A DNA stretch of 54,104 nt from Planctomycetia bacterium (GCA_009924545.1 RFRL01000002.1:1-54104); one strand, 5' to 3'; positions 1 to 10,600 are shown, counted from the first letter of the stretch. The notes: generated by a model not told the origin, from the letters alone. Program-made: numbers and translations.

Positions 1-2
1 TC

Positions 3-1073
3 GCCTTCACGGTCCTCCTCCCCAACGGACGCCGCTGGGACACGCGCAACCGCACCGATGGCAACGCCCTCCTCGACGAGCCGGAGGAAGACACGGTCGT
101 CAGCATTTCCAGCGGCACCGGGTTCGTGATCGCGCCGGGGTGGATCCTCACCAACCGGCACGTCATCGATGAGGCCAACGAATTCGTCATCCACGACCCG
201 GCCAACAAGGACCGGCAGCTCGTCGCCACCGTGGTGGCGTCGCTGGAGAATCCCGACGTGGCGCTGCTGAAGTGCGAGGATCTGGCGGCCGAGCCGCTGC
301 CGGTGGCGGCGAAGATGCCGCGCAGCGGCACCGACATCATGGCGCTGGGGTATCCGGCCGGTGGCGCCCTGGGGATGGAGGTGAAGAACACCAAGGGTTC
401 GGTGATCTCGGCGGCCGACCCGCAGCTCGACGGCGGCAACTTCCTCCACAGCGCGCAGACGAATCCCGGTAACAGCGGCGGTCCGATCGTCGACGAGACC
501 GGGGCGGTGGTCGGCGTGGTCGTGGCGATCGTCCGGACCAGCTCCGTGGGCAACGCCTACAGCGTCGGCATCCCCATCGAGCGCGTGTGGCCGTTCATCC
601 GTGAGCACGTCGAGGACGTCGAGCCGGTCAGTGGTGGCGAGACGCTCAAGTGGCCCGACGTCGGGGAGAAGTGCGGCGCGGGCACGGTGATGATCCTCGC
701 CAAGAACAAGCGCGAGGGGAAGAAGAGGCGGGGGCCACCCGATCAGTTCGCCGGCCAGGCGCCGGGCGGCCCTCCCGACGCGGCACCACCCGGGTCGGCG
801 CCCCCCGGGGCGCTACCGCCGGGCGCGGCTCCGCCGGGTTCGTTGCCACCCGGTTCGGTCCCACCCGGTGCGCCGGGGAGCGTCCCGGGATCGCCCTACC
901 CGCCTGGGTATCCCGGAGCACCAGGTTCTCCCCCGGGCCCCGCGGGTGGGCAGATGCGGGGGCCGAGGCGGCCGGGAGTTGGCACACTGCCGCCGGGAGG
1001 CGGTTCACCCGGATCACCACCGGGAGTTGGATCGCCCGGTTCGCCGCCTGGGGCTGTTCCACCACCCGGTTAG
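3..1073 (+). CDS. Trypsin-like (S1C/HtrA-type) serine protease with a Pro/Gly-rich C-terminal tail; 5' end cut by the window edge
   Basis: The frame is open from nt 3, so the track's GTG at 126 is internal (..SSGTGFVIAPGWILTNRHV). Catalytic triad context: TNRHV (His), DVALLK (Asp), GNSGGP (Ser). The C-terminal ~110 aa is PPG/SPG low complexity. Confidence 0.8.
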   Translation, partial: AFTVLLPNGRRWDTRNRTDGNALLDEPEEDTVVSISSGTGFVIAPGWILTNRHVIDEANEFVIHDPANKDRQLVATVVASLENPDVALLKCEDLAAEPLPVAAKMPRSGTDIMALGYPAGGALGMEVKNTKGSVISAADPQLDGGNFLHSAQTNPGNSGGPIVDETGAVVGVVVAIVRTSSVGNAYSVGIPIERVWPFIREHVEDVEPVSGGETLKWPDVGEKCGAGTVMILAKNKREGKKRRGPPDQFAGQAPGGPPDAAPPGSAPPGALPPGAAPPGSLPPGSVPPGAPGSVPGSPYPPGYPGAPGSPPGPAGGQMRGPRRPGVGTLPPGGGSPGSPPGVGSPGSPPGAVPPPG

Positions 1074-1130
1074 CCGCCTGGAGCTGTTCCACCACCCGGT
1101 TCGCCGCCTGGAGCTGGGCCACCACGCTGA
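1041..1130. repeat. 3 x 30-bp imperfect tandem repeat spanning the protease stop codon
   Basis: Units are 1041-1070 tcgccgcctggggctgttccaccacccggt, 1071-1100 tagccgcctggagctgttccaccacccggt, and 1101-1130 tcgccgcctggagctgggccaccacgctga. Confidence 0.85.
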
Positions 1131-1204
1131 TCGGCGGCGACGGGCGCGGGCTTGTGCCGTGACGGCAGGTGGGTGTCGTCAGCAAGCGCGGTCCGGCGAG
1201 GTCG

Positions 1205-1894
1205 TCACTGCCCGGCGGCACCCCGCGGAGCACCGAGCAAACGGGCGATGGCCTCGGCCGCCGCTGGCGTCACGGTTTCCGCGCGCCGCGTGGCGGGATG
1301 GACGCAGGCGTGGTCAAGGAGCGTCTCGTCGATGCCCGCCAGGCCGCGGAACCGGCGGGCGGTGCCCACGCCGCGCCGCGCGGCCCCCATGTCGCGCAAT
1401 TCCTCATCCGACCACGCCAGCGCGAGCCGGCGGCCGTCGGCGGTGGCCGCCACTTCGCCCCACGGTGGGCGGACCATGAGCACGCGCCCCGCGTCGAGGA
1501 GCGGTCGCATCCAGCGCCACACGAACACCACCACCAAGGCGCCGCAATGGATCCCGTCGGCATCGGGATCCATGAGGAGGATGAGGCGCTCGAACGCGGC
1601 CGCGCCGGGGTCGCACGGGGCGCCGATGGGAAGCTCGATCGCCCGGGCGAGCGCCGCGAAGAAGGCATGCCCCGCCACGCGGGCCCGGGGGGCGCGGAGG
1701 GCGTTGAGCGGCTTGCCACGCAGCGGCAGCACCGCCTGGAAGTCGACGGTCCGGACCCGCGCCACCGCCCCGGCCGCCGAATCCCCCTCCACGACGAACA
1801 GTTCCGCGCCGCTGCCGGGCCCGTGCCGGCGGCAGTCGGTGAGGGTGAGTGGACCGGTGGGGGGAAGCATCGGATGGCCCGGGACGCGGATCAT
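1205..1894 (-). CDS. Stand-alone Toprim-domain protein homologous to the GyrB/ParE Toprim region
   Basis: The 229-aa product aligns by eye to E. coli GyrB ~410-560: LTDC / ELFVVEGDSAAGAV (GyrB ELYLVEGDSAGGSA), QAVLPLRGKPLNA (QAILPLKGKILNV), LILLMDPDADGIHC (IIIMTDADVDGSHI), VVVFVWRWM..GRVLMVRPPW (LLTFFYRQM..GHVYIAQPPLY). There is no GHKL ATPase or transducer domain. Confidence 0.7.
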   Translation of the reverse strand: MIRVPGHPMLPPTGPLTLTDCRRHGPGSGAELFVVEGDSAAGAVARVRTVDFQAVLPLRGKPLNALRAPRARVAGHAFFAALARAIELPIGAPCDPGAAAFERLILLMDPDADGIHCGALVVVFVWRWMRPLLDAGRVLMVRPPWGEVAATADGRRLALAWSDEELRDMGAARRGVGTARRFRGLAGIDETLLDHACVHPATRRAETVTPAAAEAIARLLGAPRGAAGQ

Positions 1895-2330
1895 GTGCGG
1901 CCGATGACGCCGTCAAACCCGGCACGGTGACGCACCACGCCGCGGACGACCGGTGCCGCGGCTTGACTTCCCCACTGGCGAGGATGAATCGCTCGGGGAC
2001 CGGCACGCCGCGGGTCGCGAGCGGGCCCGGGCGGGGTGGGAGTCGCTCCCAGGCCTCGCCCTGGGCATCGTAGCGGAGGCTGCTCGGGGGCAGGGTTTTG
2101 GTACCGGTCGGGCCGAGGTTCTCGGTCCGATGGCCTGCAGATCGCTTCCCGCCGCGGGCCGGGATGCGCCCGTGGCGCGCCCGCTACCGCCCCCCGCGCG
2201 GCGGTGTCACCGGCGGCGACGGCGACTAGTTGGTGCCAAGCACCGGACATGCTTCGCGCCGCCCGGGAGGCGCCGTATCGTGACGCCCCGTGCGGCCGTG
2301 GCCGGCCGGCATCCCCCGGGAGGTTTTTCC

Positions 2331-3770
2331 ATGGCCCCACGCCACCTCGTCGCCGCCCTGCTTGTGTCGCTCGCCGCCGCCGGAGCGCATGCCGCCCCCG
2401 GGGAGACGACGATCACCGAGGTCGCGCCGGGCGTCTACTTCCGCAAGGCGCAGACGGAGCCCGTGTTCACCGGCTGCAACCAGGGGTTCGTCGTGTTCCG
2501 CGACTACGTCCTGGTGATCGACGCCAACTTCCCCGGCCAGGCGGACAACGTCATCGCCTCGATCCGCGAGCGCACCGACAAGCCGATCCGCTTCGTCTTC
2601 GACACGCACTATCACGGTGACCATGCCGACGGCAACATGCAGTATGTCAAGCTCGGCGCGACGATCGTCGCGCAGGAGCGCAGCCAGCCCCTCTTCCAGA
2701 CCAAGGGCAGCGACGGCTTCGCCGGAGCGCAGAAAAACCGGGCCGCCGAGTATGGCGGGCTGTCGTACGAGATCCCTTCGCTCTACTTCTCACACAAGCT
2801 CGTGTTCGACGATGGGCAGCAGCGCGTCGAGTTGGTGTTCTTCGGCCACGCCCACACCGCCGGCGACGCCGTCGCCTGGGTGCCGAAGCACCGCATCCTG
2901 TTCACCGGCGACGCCTGCGTGAACGGCGCCTTCAACTACACGGGGGACGCCAACACCGAGAGCTGGATCGCCGTCCTCGGGGCGATGGAGGATCTGCGCC
3001 CGGCGACGGTCTGCCCCGGCCACGGCGAGGCGGGCGGGCCCGAGGTGATCGCCAACCAGAAGCGCTGGTTCATGGAGCTCCGCAGCAAGGTGCAGGAGGC
3101 GATCGGCCGCGGTGACTCGGTGGAGCGCGTCAAGGAAACGCTCGACGTCCCCTTCTACAAGGAGTGGACCGGGCTGGAGGCGCGGAGCCGCACCGAGAAC
3201 ATCGAGCACGTGTTCAAGGAGTTGTCGCTGCCGGCCAAGCCGCTCGACGAGCAACGCCGCTTCCTGCGCTGGCAGGGCCTCCCCGGCGGTGGCGGCTACG
3301 CGGGCCTCGCCCCGTGGGAGGCGGTCGGCCAGACCGACCCCGACCGGCGTTACGACGCCCTGGCGGATCTGTTCCTCGACGCCGACAGCACGCGGCAGGC
3401 GCAGCTCCGCCACCGGTTCCGCGCCGACGCCGCGGCCCTGGCGGCGATGGGAACCTACGTCCGCCGGACGGCGGCGCGGATCCGCTCGCCGGAGGATACG
3501 CTCCACCTCCGCCGGGCGCTGGCGATCGCGGCGATCGAAGGGGGGCGCGGCGACACGGCCACGGCGCTCGAGCGGTTGGAGTTGGTGCGGCACGCCGCGC
3601 TCCGCGCGGGAATCGACGCCGATCCCTTCCTCCGCGCGATCCAGGACCACGTCCCTCCGGAGAACCGCCCGCTGTTCGACACCGTGCGCGGCCGGTCTGC
3701 GCACGACCTGCTGGCAACGGCACGGCGCGCCGGCCCGCCGGAGTGGCGCGCGGACGACGTCAGCGAGTGA
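2331..3770 (+). CDS. Secreted MBL-fold metallo-hydrolase with a C-terminal helical extension
   Basis: HxHxDH motif THYHGDHADGN, plus later HTAGD and GH. I chose the in-frame ATG at 2331 because it begins a signal-peptide-like MAPRHLVAALLVSLAAAGAHA. The 1953 start in the track adds 126 Arg/Pro-rich residues that look non-coding. Confidence 0.8.
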   Translation: MAPRHLVAALLVSLAAAGAHAAPGETTITEVAPGVYFRKAQTEPVFTGCNQGFVVFRDYVLVIDANFPGQADNVIASIRERTDKPIRFVFDTHYHGDHADGNMQYVKLGATIVAQERSQPLFQTKGSDGFAGAQKNRAAEYGGLSYEIPSLYFSHKLVFDDGQQRVELVFFGHAHTAGDAVAWVPKHRILFTGDACVNGAFNYTGDANTESWIAVLGAMEDLRPATVCPGHGEAGGPEVIANQKRWFMELRSKVQEAIGRGDSVERVKETLDVPFYKEWTGLEARSRTENIEHVFKELSLPAKPLDEQRRFLRWQGLPGGGGYAGLAPWEAVGQTDPDRRYDALADLFLDADSTRQAQLRHRFRADAAALAAMGTYVRRTAARIRSPEDTLHLRRALAIAAIEGGRGDTATALERLELVRHAALRAGIDADPFLRAIQDHVPPENRPLFDTVRGRSAHDLLATARRAGPPEWRADDVSE

Positions 3771-3946
3771 TCGCCGTCAGGGTGGCGTGAGCGGCCCGAT
3801 CGGGAGCCGAGCCGGTGTGGTATCGTGCCCGACCGGCCGCTCACCGGTGAGCAGGTGGCGGTTCGTCCCGGTGTTCGTGTGGCATCGGCCGCCGTCGATG
3901 AGCGGCGGCCTTCCGACACACGGCCCGGAACCATGGGAGGATTCAG

Positions 3947-5659
3947 ATGTTGCCATCTGGACGTGAACCGAGTCGCTTCGACGACGGCCCGTCGATCCTC
4001 GATCAGCCACGGATGATCCCCGGTCCCGGTCCCGCGCCGCACAACGACGCCCGTCATGGCTGGGAGTACGAAAAGCCGCTCAACGACCCGGTGATCGCGG
4101 AGATCTGGTGCTACACCCCGCGGTACGGCTACCGCGCGGGTGAGACGATCGATTTCCACGTCCATGCCACGCGCCCTCGATTCGAGATCGAGATCCATCG
4201 CGAGGGGCCGACGCCGCAAGTCGTGTACCGTCGCGACGGCATCCCCGCGACGGCGTCGCCCACGCCCGCCAATGCCCATCTGGTGGGCTGTGGGTGGCCG
4301 GTCGCCCACCGTGTCACCGTTCCGAGCGACTGGCGGTCGGGATTCTACGTGGTGGTCGTGCGCGTCCGCGATGACGACGGAGCGGTGTTCGAGCGGGAGC
4401 ACTTCTTCGTGGTGAAGCCGGCGGTGCCCGCCCGGGACACCGCCATCGCCTTCGTGGTCTCGACCGCGACCATGAACGCCTACAACGACTGGGGCGGAGG
4501 CAACAGCTACCACGGTGAGGGAGGCACGCCGCGGTTCAAGAAGCCGAATGCCCGCACCTCGCTCCTGCGGCCGTGGAGCCGGGGACTGGTGAGGCTGCCC
4601 GGCGGGGCACCGCGGGCGGTCTCGACGGCGGAACTCCCACCGTTCGCGGTGCCGAGCCTGCCATCCCACGCCTACGCCCACCACTACGGGTTCGCCCGCG
4701 ACTACGCCGACGCCAGTTGGGCCCTGTACGGCAAGCTGTTCGTCGAGTGGGCCGAGGCCAACGGCTACACGCTCGACTACTACACCTACCACGACCTGCA
4801 CGAGGATCCCGCCGCGCTCGCGCCCTATCGCCTGTCGATCGTCGTCGGGCACGACGAATACAGCAGCTGGCCGATGCGGCAGGCCATCGAGAACCAGCTC
4901 GCTGCCGGCGGCAACCACGCCCGGTTTGCCGGCAACAACATCTGGCAGGTGCGGATCGAAGACGGGGGAACCACCTTCGTGAATCACAAGGACGAGACCA
5001 CCGACCCGCTGCTGGGCACCGACCAGGAACGGTTCGTGAGCAATGCGTGGGATCTTCCCTCCACGGGCTGGCCGCTCACGCACACGTTCGGCCTCACCGG
5101 TTCCGGGGTCATCCACGCGATGTTCGGCGGGGCGGCCCCGCGGTCGAGCGGCGGCTTCACCATCTATCGTCCATGGCACTGGAGCCTCGAGGGCAGCGAT
5201 CTCTACTACGGCGACGTGATCGGGGGCCGGCCCGACTGCATCGCCGCCTACGAGATCGACGGTTGCGACTTCACCATGCGGGATGGGCTGCCGTATCCGA
5301 CGGGCAAGGACGGTGCGCCGGCGAATCTCGCGATCGTGGCGATGGTTCCCGCCGTGCTGCACGAGGAAGACCATTTCAACGGCACGATGGCCACGATGAT
5401 GAACTCCGTGTCCAACCCGTCGATCAAGGGCGACGGCAGGGCGCTGCCCCACCTGGAAGAGCACGAGGGAGCGAAGCACCCCAAGTACGGTGCCGGCATG
5501 ATCGCCAGTTACGACCGCGGCGTGGCCGTCGGCGACGGCACGATGTTCGTGGCCGGGGCCAGCGACTGGGTGGTGGGGCTCGAGCGTCGCAACTGGTTCG
5601 TCGAGAAGATCACCCGCACCGTGCTCGATCGACTGTCCGGTCCGCGGCCCACCGCGTGA
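3947..5659 (+). CDS. N,N-dimethylformamidase large-subunit-like (DUF6605-type) protein
   Basis: GGAGG lies 7 nt upstream of the ATG. The 570-aa ORF has high GC3. The family call comes from recollection of the N-terminal beta-sandwich region and the MNAYNDWGGGNSY segment, and is not verified. Confidence 0.55.
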   Translation: MLPSGREPSRFDDGPSILDQPRMIPGPGPAPHNDARHGWEYEKPLNDPVIAEIWCYTPRYGYRAGETIDFHVHATRPRFEIEIHREGPTPQVVYRRDGIPATASPTPANAHLVGCGWPVAHRVTVPSDWRSGFYVVVVRVRDDDGAVFEREHFFVVKPAVPARDTAIAFVVSTATMNAYNDWGGGNSYHGEGGTPRFKKPNARTSLLRPWSRGLVRLPGGAPRAVSTAELPPFAVPSLPSHAYAHHYGFARDYADASWALYGKLFVEWAEANGYTLDYYTYHDLHEDPAALAPYRLSIVVGHDEYSSWPMRQAIENQLAAGGNHARFAGNNIWQVRIEDGGTTFVNHKDETTDPLLGTDQERFVSNAWDLPSTGWPLTHTFGLTGSGVIHAMFGGAAPRSSGGFTIYRPWHWSLEGSDLYYGDVIGGRPDCIAAYEIDGCDFTMRDGLPYPTGKDGAPANLAIVAMVPAVLHEEDHFNGTMATMMNSVSNPSIKGDGRALPHLEEHEGAKHPKYGAGMIASYDRGVAVGDGTMFVAGASDWVVGLERRNWFVEKITRTVLDRLSGPRPTA

Positions 5660-5704
5660 CCGGCTCCGCCGCCCCAGGACTCCGCACGCTCGGGTCGCGC
5701 GAGC

Positions 5705-6922
5705 GTGAAAACCCCGCTGATCACGGTCGAAACGCTGTTCGAGGACCTCACCATGCCCTCTCCAACCGATCCCCCTCTCGAATGGTTCCCTTGGCGGGTC
5801 GCCGGCGATCCGTCGCTCATGCGTCTGACGGCCGACAAAGACGCGATGACGACACGCCGCGACCGCAGCCGTGATCCAGCGCGCGAGCCCGGGCTGGTGA
5901 ATCCACAGCGTTACGCGGGCGGCTTGATGCCGCTGAGTGGATTCCCCACGCTCCTCGGGGCGCCACTGGCGTTCACCCCGGCCGATCTCCGCGCCGCCGC
6001 GGTCGACGTGGCGCTCGTCGGTCTGACTGTTGACGACAACCCCGTGGTCGGTGCCCGGTTTGCCGCCAACACCATGCGGGCGCTACGCGATTGGATGGGC
6101 TATCCAGCCGGTGGGACCGACAATGTGACCGGCGTCGACTTCTCGTCGCTCGTCATCTGCGATTACGGCAACATCGCCAGCCTCGCCAACCAGGGGGAGC
6201 GGTCGCTCGAGGAGATCCACGCCGTGCTCTCCGAGATCCTCGACGCCGGCAGCGTGCCGGTGGGCGTGGGCGGCTGCCACGTGCAGTCCTACGGATTCAT
6301 CACGGCGCTGGCGCGGAAGCACGGGCCGAAGCAGTTCGCCTTGTTGCACGTCGATGCCCACAACGACACCTACCTCCACGACTACGGCCGGGCCGTCCAC
6401 AACGGCTCGCTGTTCCGCGTGGCGGTGGAGCTCGGCCTCATCGAAGGCCGCGATCTCGTGCAGGTCGGACTCCGCGGCCAGGGACAGGACGCCGCGGGCA
6501 TCCGCTGGATGCGGGAGCACGGCCTGCGCTCGCACTTCCAGGCCGAGGTGCATGTCCGCGGCTGGGACGAGGTCCTGCGGACCGTGCTGTCCGAGCTGAA
6601 GGGCCGACGTGTCTACCTCTCCTTCGACATGGACGGCATCGACCCGTCCTACGCCCGCGGGGTGGGAACGCAGGACCCCGACGGGCTCACCGCTTCCCAG
6701 GCGATGCAGTTGGTGCGTGCCGTCGCGATCCACAACGAAATCGTGGCCGCCGACTTCATGGAATACAACCCGTTCATGGACGATGCGCACCAGACCACTG
6801 GCGTGCTCATGGACCGCCTGATCCGCACCCTCCTCTCCGGCATCGCCGCCCGCAAGCAGGGGATCACCGACCCGTTCTTCGTCGATCCCCAGAGGATCGA
6901 CCACGGGGTGCCGGCGTCGTGA
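5705..6922 (+). CDS. Ureohydrolase family enzyme (agmatinase / guanidino-acid hydrolase-like)
   Basis: Mn-binding motifs HVDAHNDT, SFDMDGIDPSY and DFMEYNP. The start is uncertain (GTG 5705 versus ATG 5753). Confidence 0.8.
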   Translation: MKTPLITVETLFEDLTMPSPTDPPLEWFPWRVAGDPSLMRLTADKDAMTTRRDRSRDPAREPGLVNPQRYAGGLMPLSGFPTLLGAPLAFTPADLRAAAVDVALVGLTVDDNPVVGARFAANTMRALRDWMGYPAGGTDNVTGVDFSSLVICDYGNIASLANQGERSLEEIHAVLSEILDAGSVPVGVGGCHVQSYGFITALARKHGPKQFALLHVDAHNDTYLHDYGRAVHNGSLFRVAVELGLIEGRDLVQVGLRGQGQDAAGIRWMREHGLRSHFQAEVHVRGWDEVLRTVLSELKGRRVYLSFDMDGIDPSYARGVGTQDPDGLTASQAMQLVRAVAIHNEIVAADFMEYNPFMDDAHQTTGVLMDRLIRTLLSGIAARKQGITDPFFVDPQRIDHGVPAS

Positions 6923-6997
6923 CGAAGGGGCCTAGCTCGACGAGTGATGCTTGATCCCCGGCGCTCTCCGCTGGGGTTTTCTTGCTAGGATTGCCTC

Positions 6998-7597
6998 ATG
7001 GACACGATGCTGGAAATCGCCAAGCGAGTCGACGACTTCATGATGGAGCGGTCACCTGTCCACGACACGATGCGACGGCTGGCCCTGGCTTTTGCCGACC
7101 TGGGAGTTCCTTTCGCCATCGCCGGAGCGATGGCCGCGAACGCGCATGGGCACCGCAGGACGACGGCTGACGTGGATGTCCTGGTGCGACGTGAAGACCT
7201 CGCGCGGTTCAAGGATCGATGGATTGGCCGCGGTTGGGTGGATCTTTTCGAGGGCTCGAAGGGTTTTCGAGACACGTTGAACGGAGTCAAAGTCGATGTG
7301 CTGATCGTGGGTGATTACCCGGGCGATGGCCGACCCAAACCAGTGTCGTTTCCGGCCCCGGAATCAGTGCGGGACGTTCAGCACGCAAGCGTTCCCTACG
7401 TCAGTCTTCTGGCCTTGCTGGAGTTGAAGATCGCCAGTGGAATGACGGCAGCCCATCGGCTTCAGGATCTGGCGGATGCCATCCAGTTGATCCGCGTCAA
7501 CGCTTTGCCCAGGGACTACTCCGGCCAACTCAATCCGTTCGTCCGAGCCAAGTTCGATGAGCTCTGGCAAGCCGCGCAAGTCTCGGATGACTACTGA
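6998..7597 (+). CDS. Pol-beta-fold nucleotidyltransferase-like protein (AbiEii/MNT-like); function unknown
   Basis: NTase signature hG[GS]-x9-13-DhD: IAGAMAANAHGHRRTTADVDVLV. G+C is visibly lower than in flanking genes. No partner gene is adjacent. Confidence 0.5.
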   Translation: MDTMLEIAKRVDDFMMERSPVHDTMRRLALAFADLGVPFAIAGAMAANAHGHRRTTADVDVLVRREDLARFKDRWIGRGWVDLFEGSKGFRDTLNGVKVDVLIVGDYPGDGRPKPVSFPAPESVRDVQHASVPYVSLLALLELKIASGMTAAHRLQDLADAIQLIRVNALPRDYSGQLNPFVRAKFDELWQAAQVSDDY

Positions 7598-7667
7598 GAC
7601 CGAGTATCGGACGGTCAACCGCACTCCGCCGCGACCGCCGACCGACGATGCCGCCGAGTGATCCCCG

Positions 7668-10600
7668 TCAGGGCACGGTGAGTGCCGTCTCGGTGCGCTT
7701 TCTGCCGGCGAAGAGCAGATCGACGTCGGGATCGACGACGAGCCGCTCGGGCTCGAAGTCGGTCGCGATCTCGATCGTGCCCGGGGTGTCGGCCGACACC
7801 GCAACGACTGCGTCGGCCGCGGGGCGGGCGGCGCCCTTGTCGCCCGGCTTCTTTCCCTCGACGCGCACGCGGACGTCGGCCCGCCCGGTGCCGATGTTGG
7901 CGAGCGTCCCGGTGACGCGCCAGCCATCGGTTGTCTTCTCCACCCGTGCGTCCTGTACCTCGAGATCGGGCAGGTCCTTGCCGAGGATCCACCGGCCGAC
8001 CCAGTCGTCGAACGCGGCCGGGTCGGGGGCGTGCGGCCGGAGGCTGGCGAGGAGGTCCTCGATCAAGGGGAAGTCGAGGCCGTCGGGGGTCTCGACGCCG
8101 TTCCGCCACGTCGCGATGAAGTCCTCGAGGCCGGCGAGCATCGCCTTCTCCCCCATCAGGCCGCGCAGCATCCAAAAGGCCCAGCCGGCGCGCTGGTAGG
8201 TGACGACCTGGTCACCGGGCCGCGAGCCGTCGATGCGGTTGATGGCCCGCTCGTTGTCGGGTTGGCGCCCCTCGACGTACTGCTTCTCCCAGCGGCGCCG
8301 CAGGACCCGGGCCTGTGCCGGAGACAGCTCGTGGTGGAGGAGCATGCAGGCGGAGAACTCCGCCAGCCCCTCGGAGATGATGTTGCCCCCCGGGCCCTTG
8401 CCCGGGGTGACGATGTTGCCCCACCACTGGTGACCCGCTTCGTGGGCCACGATGTAGAAGGCGGCGTCGAGCGCGTCGGCGTCGGGCTCCGACCCCTCCT
8501 TCTCGACCGGCTTGGCGAGGTAGCCGATGTCCTCGGAGAAGGAGATGTTGCCGGGGAAGCCCTGGGCGTAGCCGGCGAGCCCGGGAAACTCCGTGACCCG
8601 GAGATTCGTCCACGGATACTCGGTGAACCACTCGCCGTAGCGGTCGCGCGCGGCGTCGAGGGCACGGACCATCGTCGGCACGTTGTGAGGTGTGCGGGGA
8701 TCGTAGTAGATCGTCGCGCGCCGGCCCTGCTCGGCCTTGAGTGGGCCGCCCACGATGTTGAAGAAGCGCACCGGGTGCTCGGTCGTCCACACCACGCGCT
8801 GCCGGCCGTCGCCGAGGCCGGCGCGCGACTCCTCCACGCCGCAGCCGTTGAGGACCCACCCCTCCGGCCCCTCGATGGCGAGGCGCACGACGGTGGACCA
8901 GGCGGGACCGAAGCCGGGATCGACGCGGGTCTTCCAGTGGTCGAGTGGGTATTCCTTGGCGTCGCGGCGGTTCTTGCCGTCGACCCCGACCCCGTCAACG
9001 AAGCCGGCCACGGGTAGGAAACTCGGCGAAAAGCTCGTCAGCACCACGCCCGAGGGGAGCACGAACTCCGCCATGCCGCCGGAGAGCTTCGACCATCCCT
9101 TGGGAAACTCCCCCTCGAGCGCGAAGCCGACCGTCACCGTCTCTCCGGTGGCCAGGGGCCGCGGCGGCCGGACGACGAACAGGCCGCTGCGGTTTTCCAC
9201 CGACGGTGGCGGCGGGTCGGACTTCGTCGCGTCGGCCGGGTGGCCGTCGACCGTCCAGTCACGCGCGATGAGGTGATTGCCGACGGTGAGGGGGATTTCG
9301 GCGAGCGGCTCGCGGTGGGGATTGCGGAGGACATAGGTGCCGGTCACGGCGATCGCGCGGCGCTCGGGGAAGAGCTTCACGTCGGCATCGACGCGGTCGA
9401 GCGCGGGTGACGGGGCAGTCTCCCAAGTGAGGCTGTTGCGGCGCCAGTAGGCCTTGCCGGCGTCGCGGGCCGGCTTCCCCTCGTAGCCGGCGCGCACCAT
9501 CCGGCCGGTCCACATGCCCAGGGCCACCAGCGGCAGTGCCACCAGGAGCGGCACGCGCGCCGTCTTCCAGAAGGTGGCGGGGCGAAAGCGGTCGAACGTG
9601 GCCCGCAGGTCGGGGATGCGCCGCGGCCAGATCGCCAGGGTGAGGGCGATGAGCGTGGCCCCCAGCGCCAGCATCACGAGGCGATTGGCGACGATCGCCG
9701 GCCACATCGCCCCGAGACGGTCGAGCTCGCTCCACTGGAGGGCCCGGCCCCCGAGGTACCACGAGGTGAGCCAGTTGAGCCCGCCGAAGGTGTTCGCCAG
9801 GCCCGTGGCGACCAGCGCCGACAGTGCCAGGCCGTAGACGGCGAAGCGATTGCGCACCAGCGCCGCCAGGAAGGCGACGAACGCGGTCCACACGACGAGG
9901 GTCGGCACGATGAGCAGGCCGAGGACGAGGAGGATCGCCGGGAGATCGAGGGGCACGGCGATCCCGGTGGTGAAGCGCTGCACCAGGAGCGTGACGAGGA
10001 TCGTCACCGCGGCAGCGCCCACGATGACCATCGCCATCGCGGCGTTGGCCAGGGCCTTGCCGGCGAGCCACCCGGCGGTGGGCACCGGCGCGGCACGCGA
10101 CAGCCCGTCGAGGCCGACCCGCTGCTCACGGAACAGACTTTCGACGGTGTAGAAGAGCGTGAGCAGCGCGAGGAACACCGACACGACGACGAACATCCGC
10201 GCCGCCGCCTCGCCGCCGGTGAGGAGCAGTTCGGTGTCGAGCGTGCCGGGGCGGAAGAACGTCGTGCCCCATGTCTCGAGGACGATCAGCGGACCGAAGA
10301 GCCAGATGCCGGGGGAGCGGAGCAGGGCCGCGGTCTCGCGCTGGAGCACCATCCAGGTGGTGGCGAGGAGGCCGGGAGGGGAGACCGTGGCCGGGGGCAG
10401 GGGCCCGCGCGCCGCCACGGCGGCCGGCGCGGTGGCGGTCTCCCTGGTGGCCGTGGCGAGCAACCCGGCCCCGCCGCCGACACGCCGGTCGGACCGTTCC
10501 TCGGCGCGGAGGCGCCGGCCCGCGGCCCACACCCCGAGAAGCCCGAGGGCCATGATCACCGCGCGGCTGGCGAGGAACAACGGATCGGGGACGACCCGCG

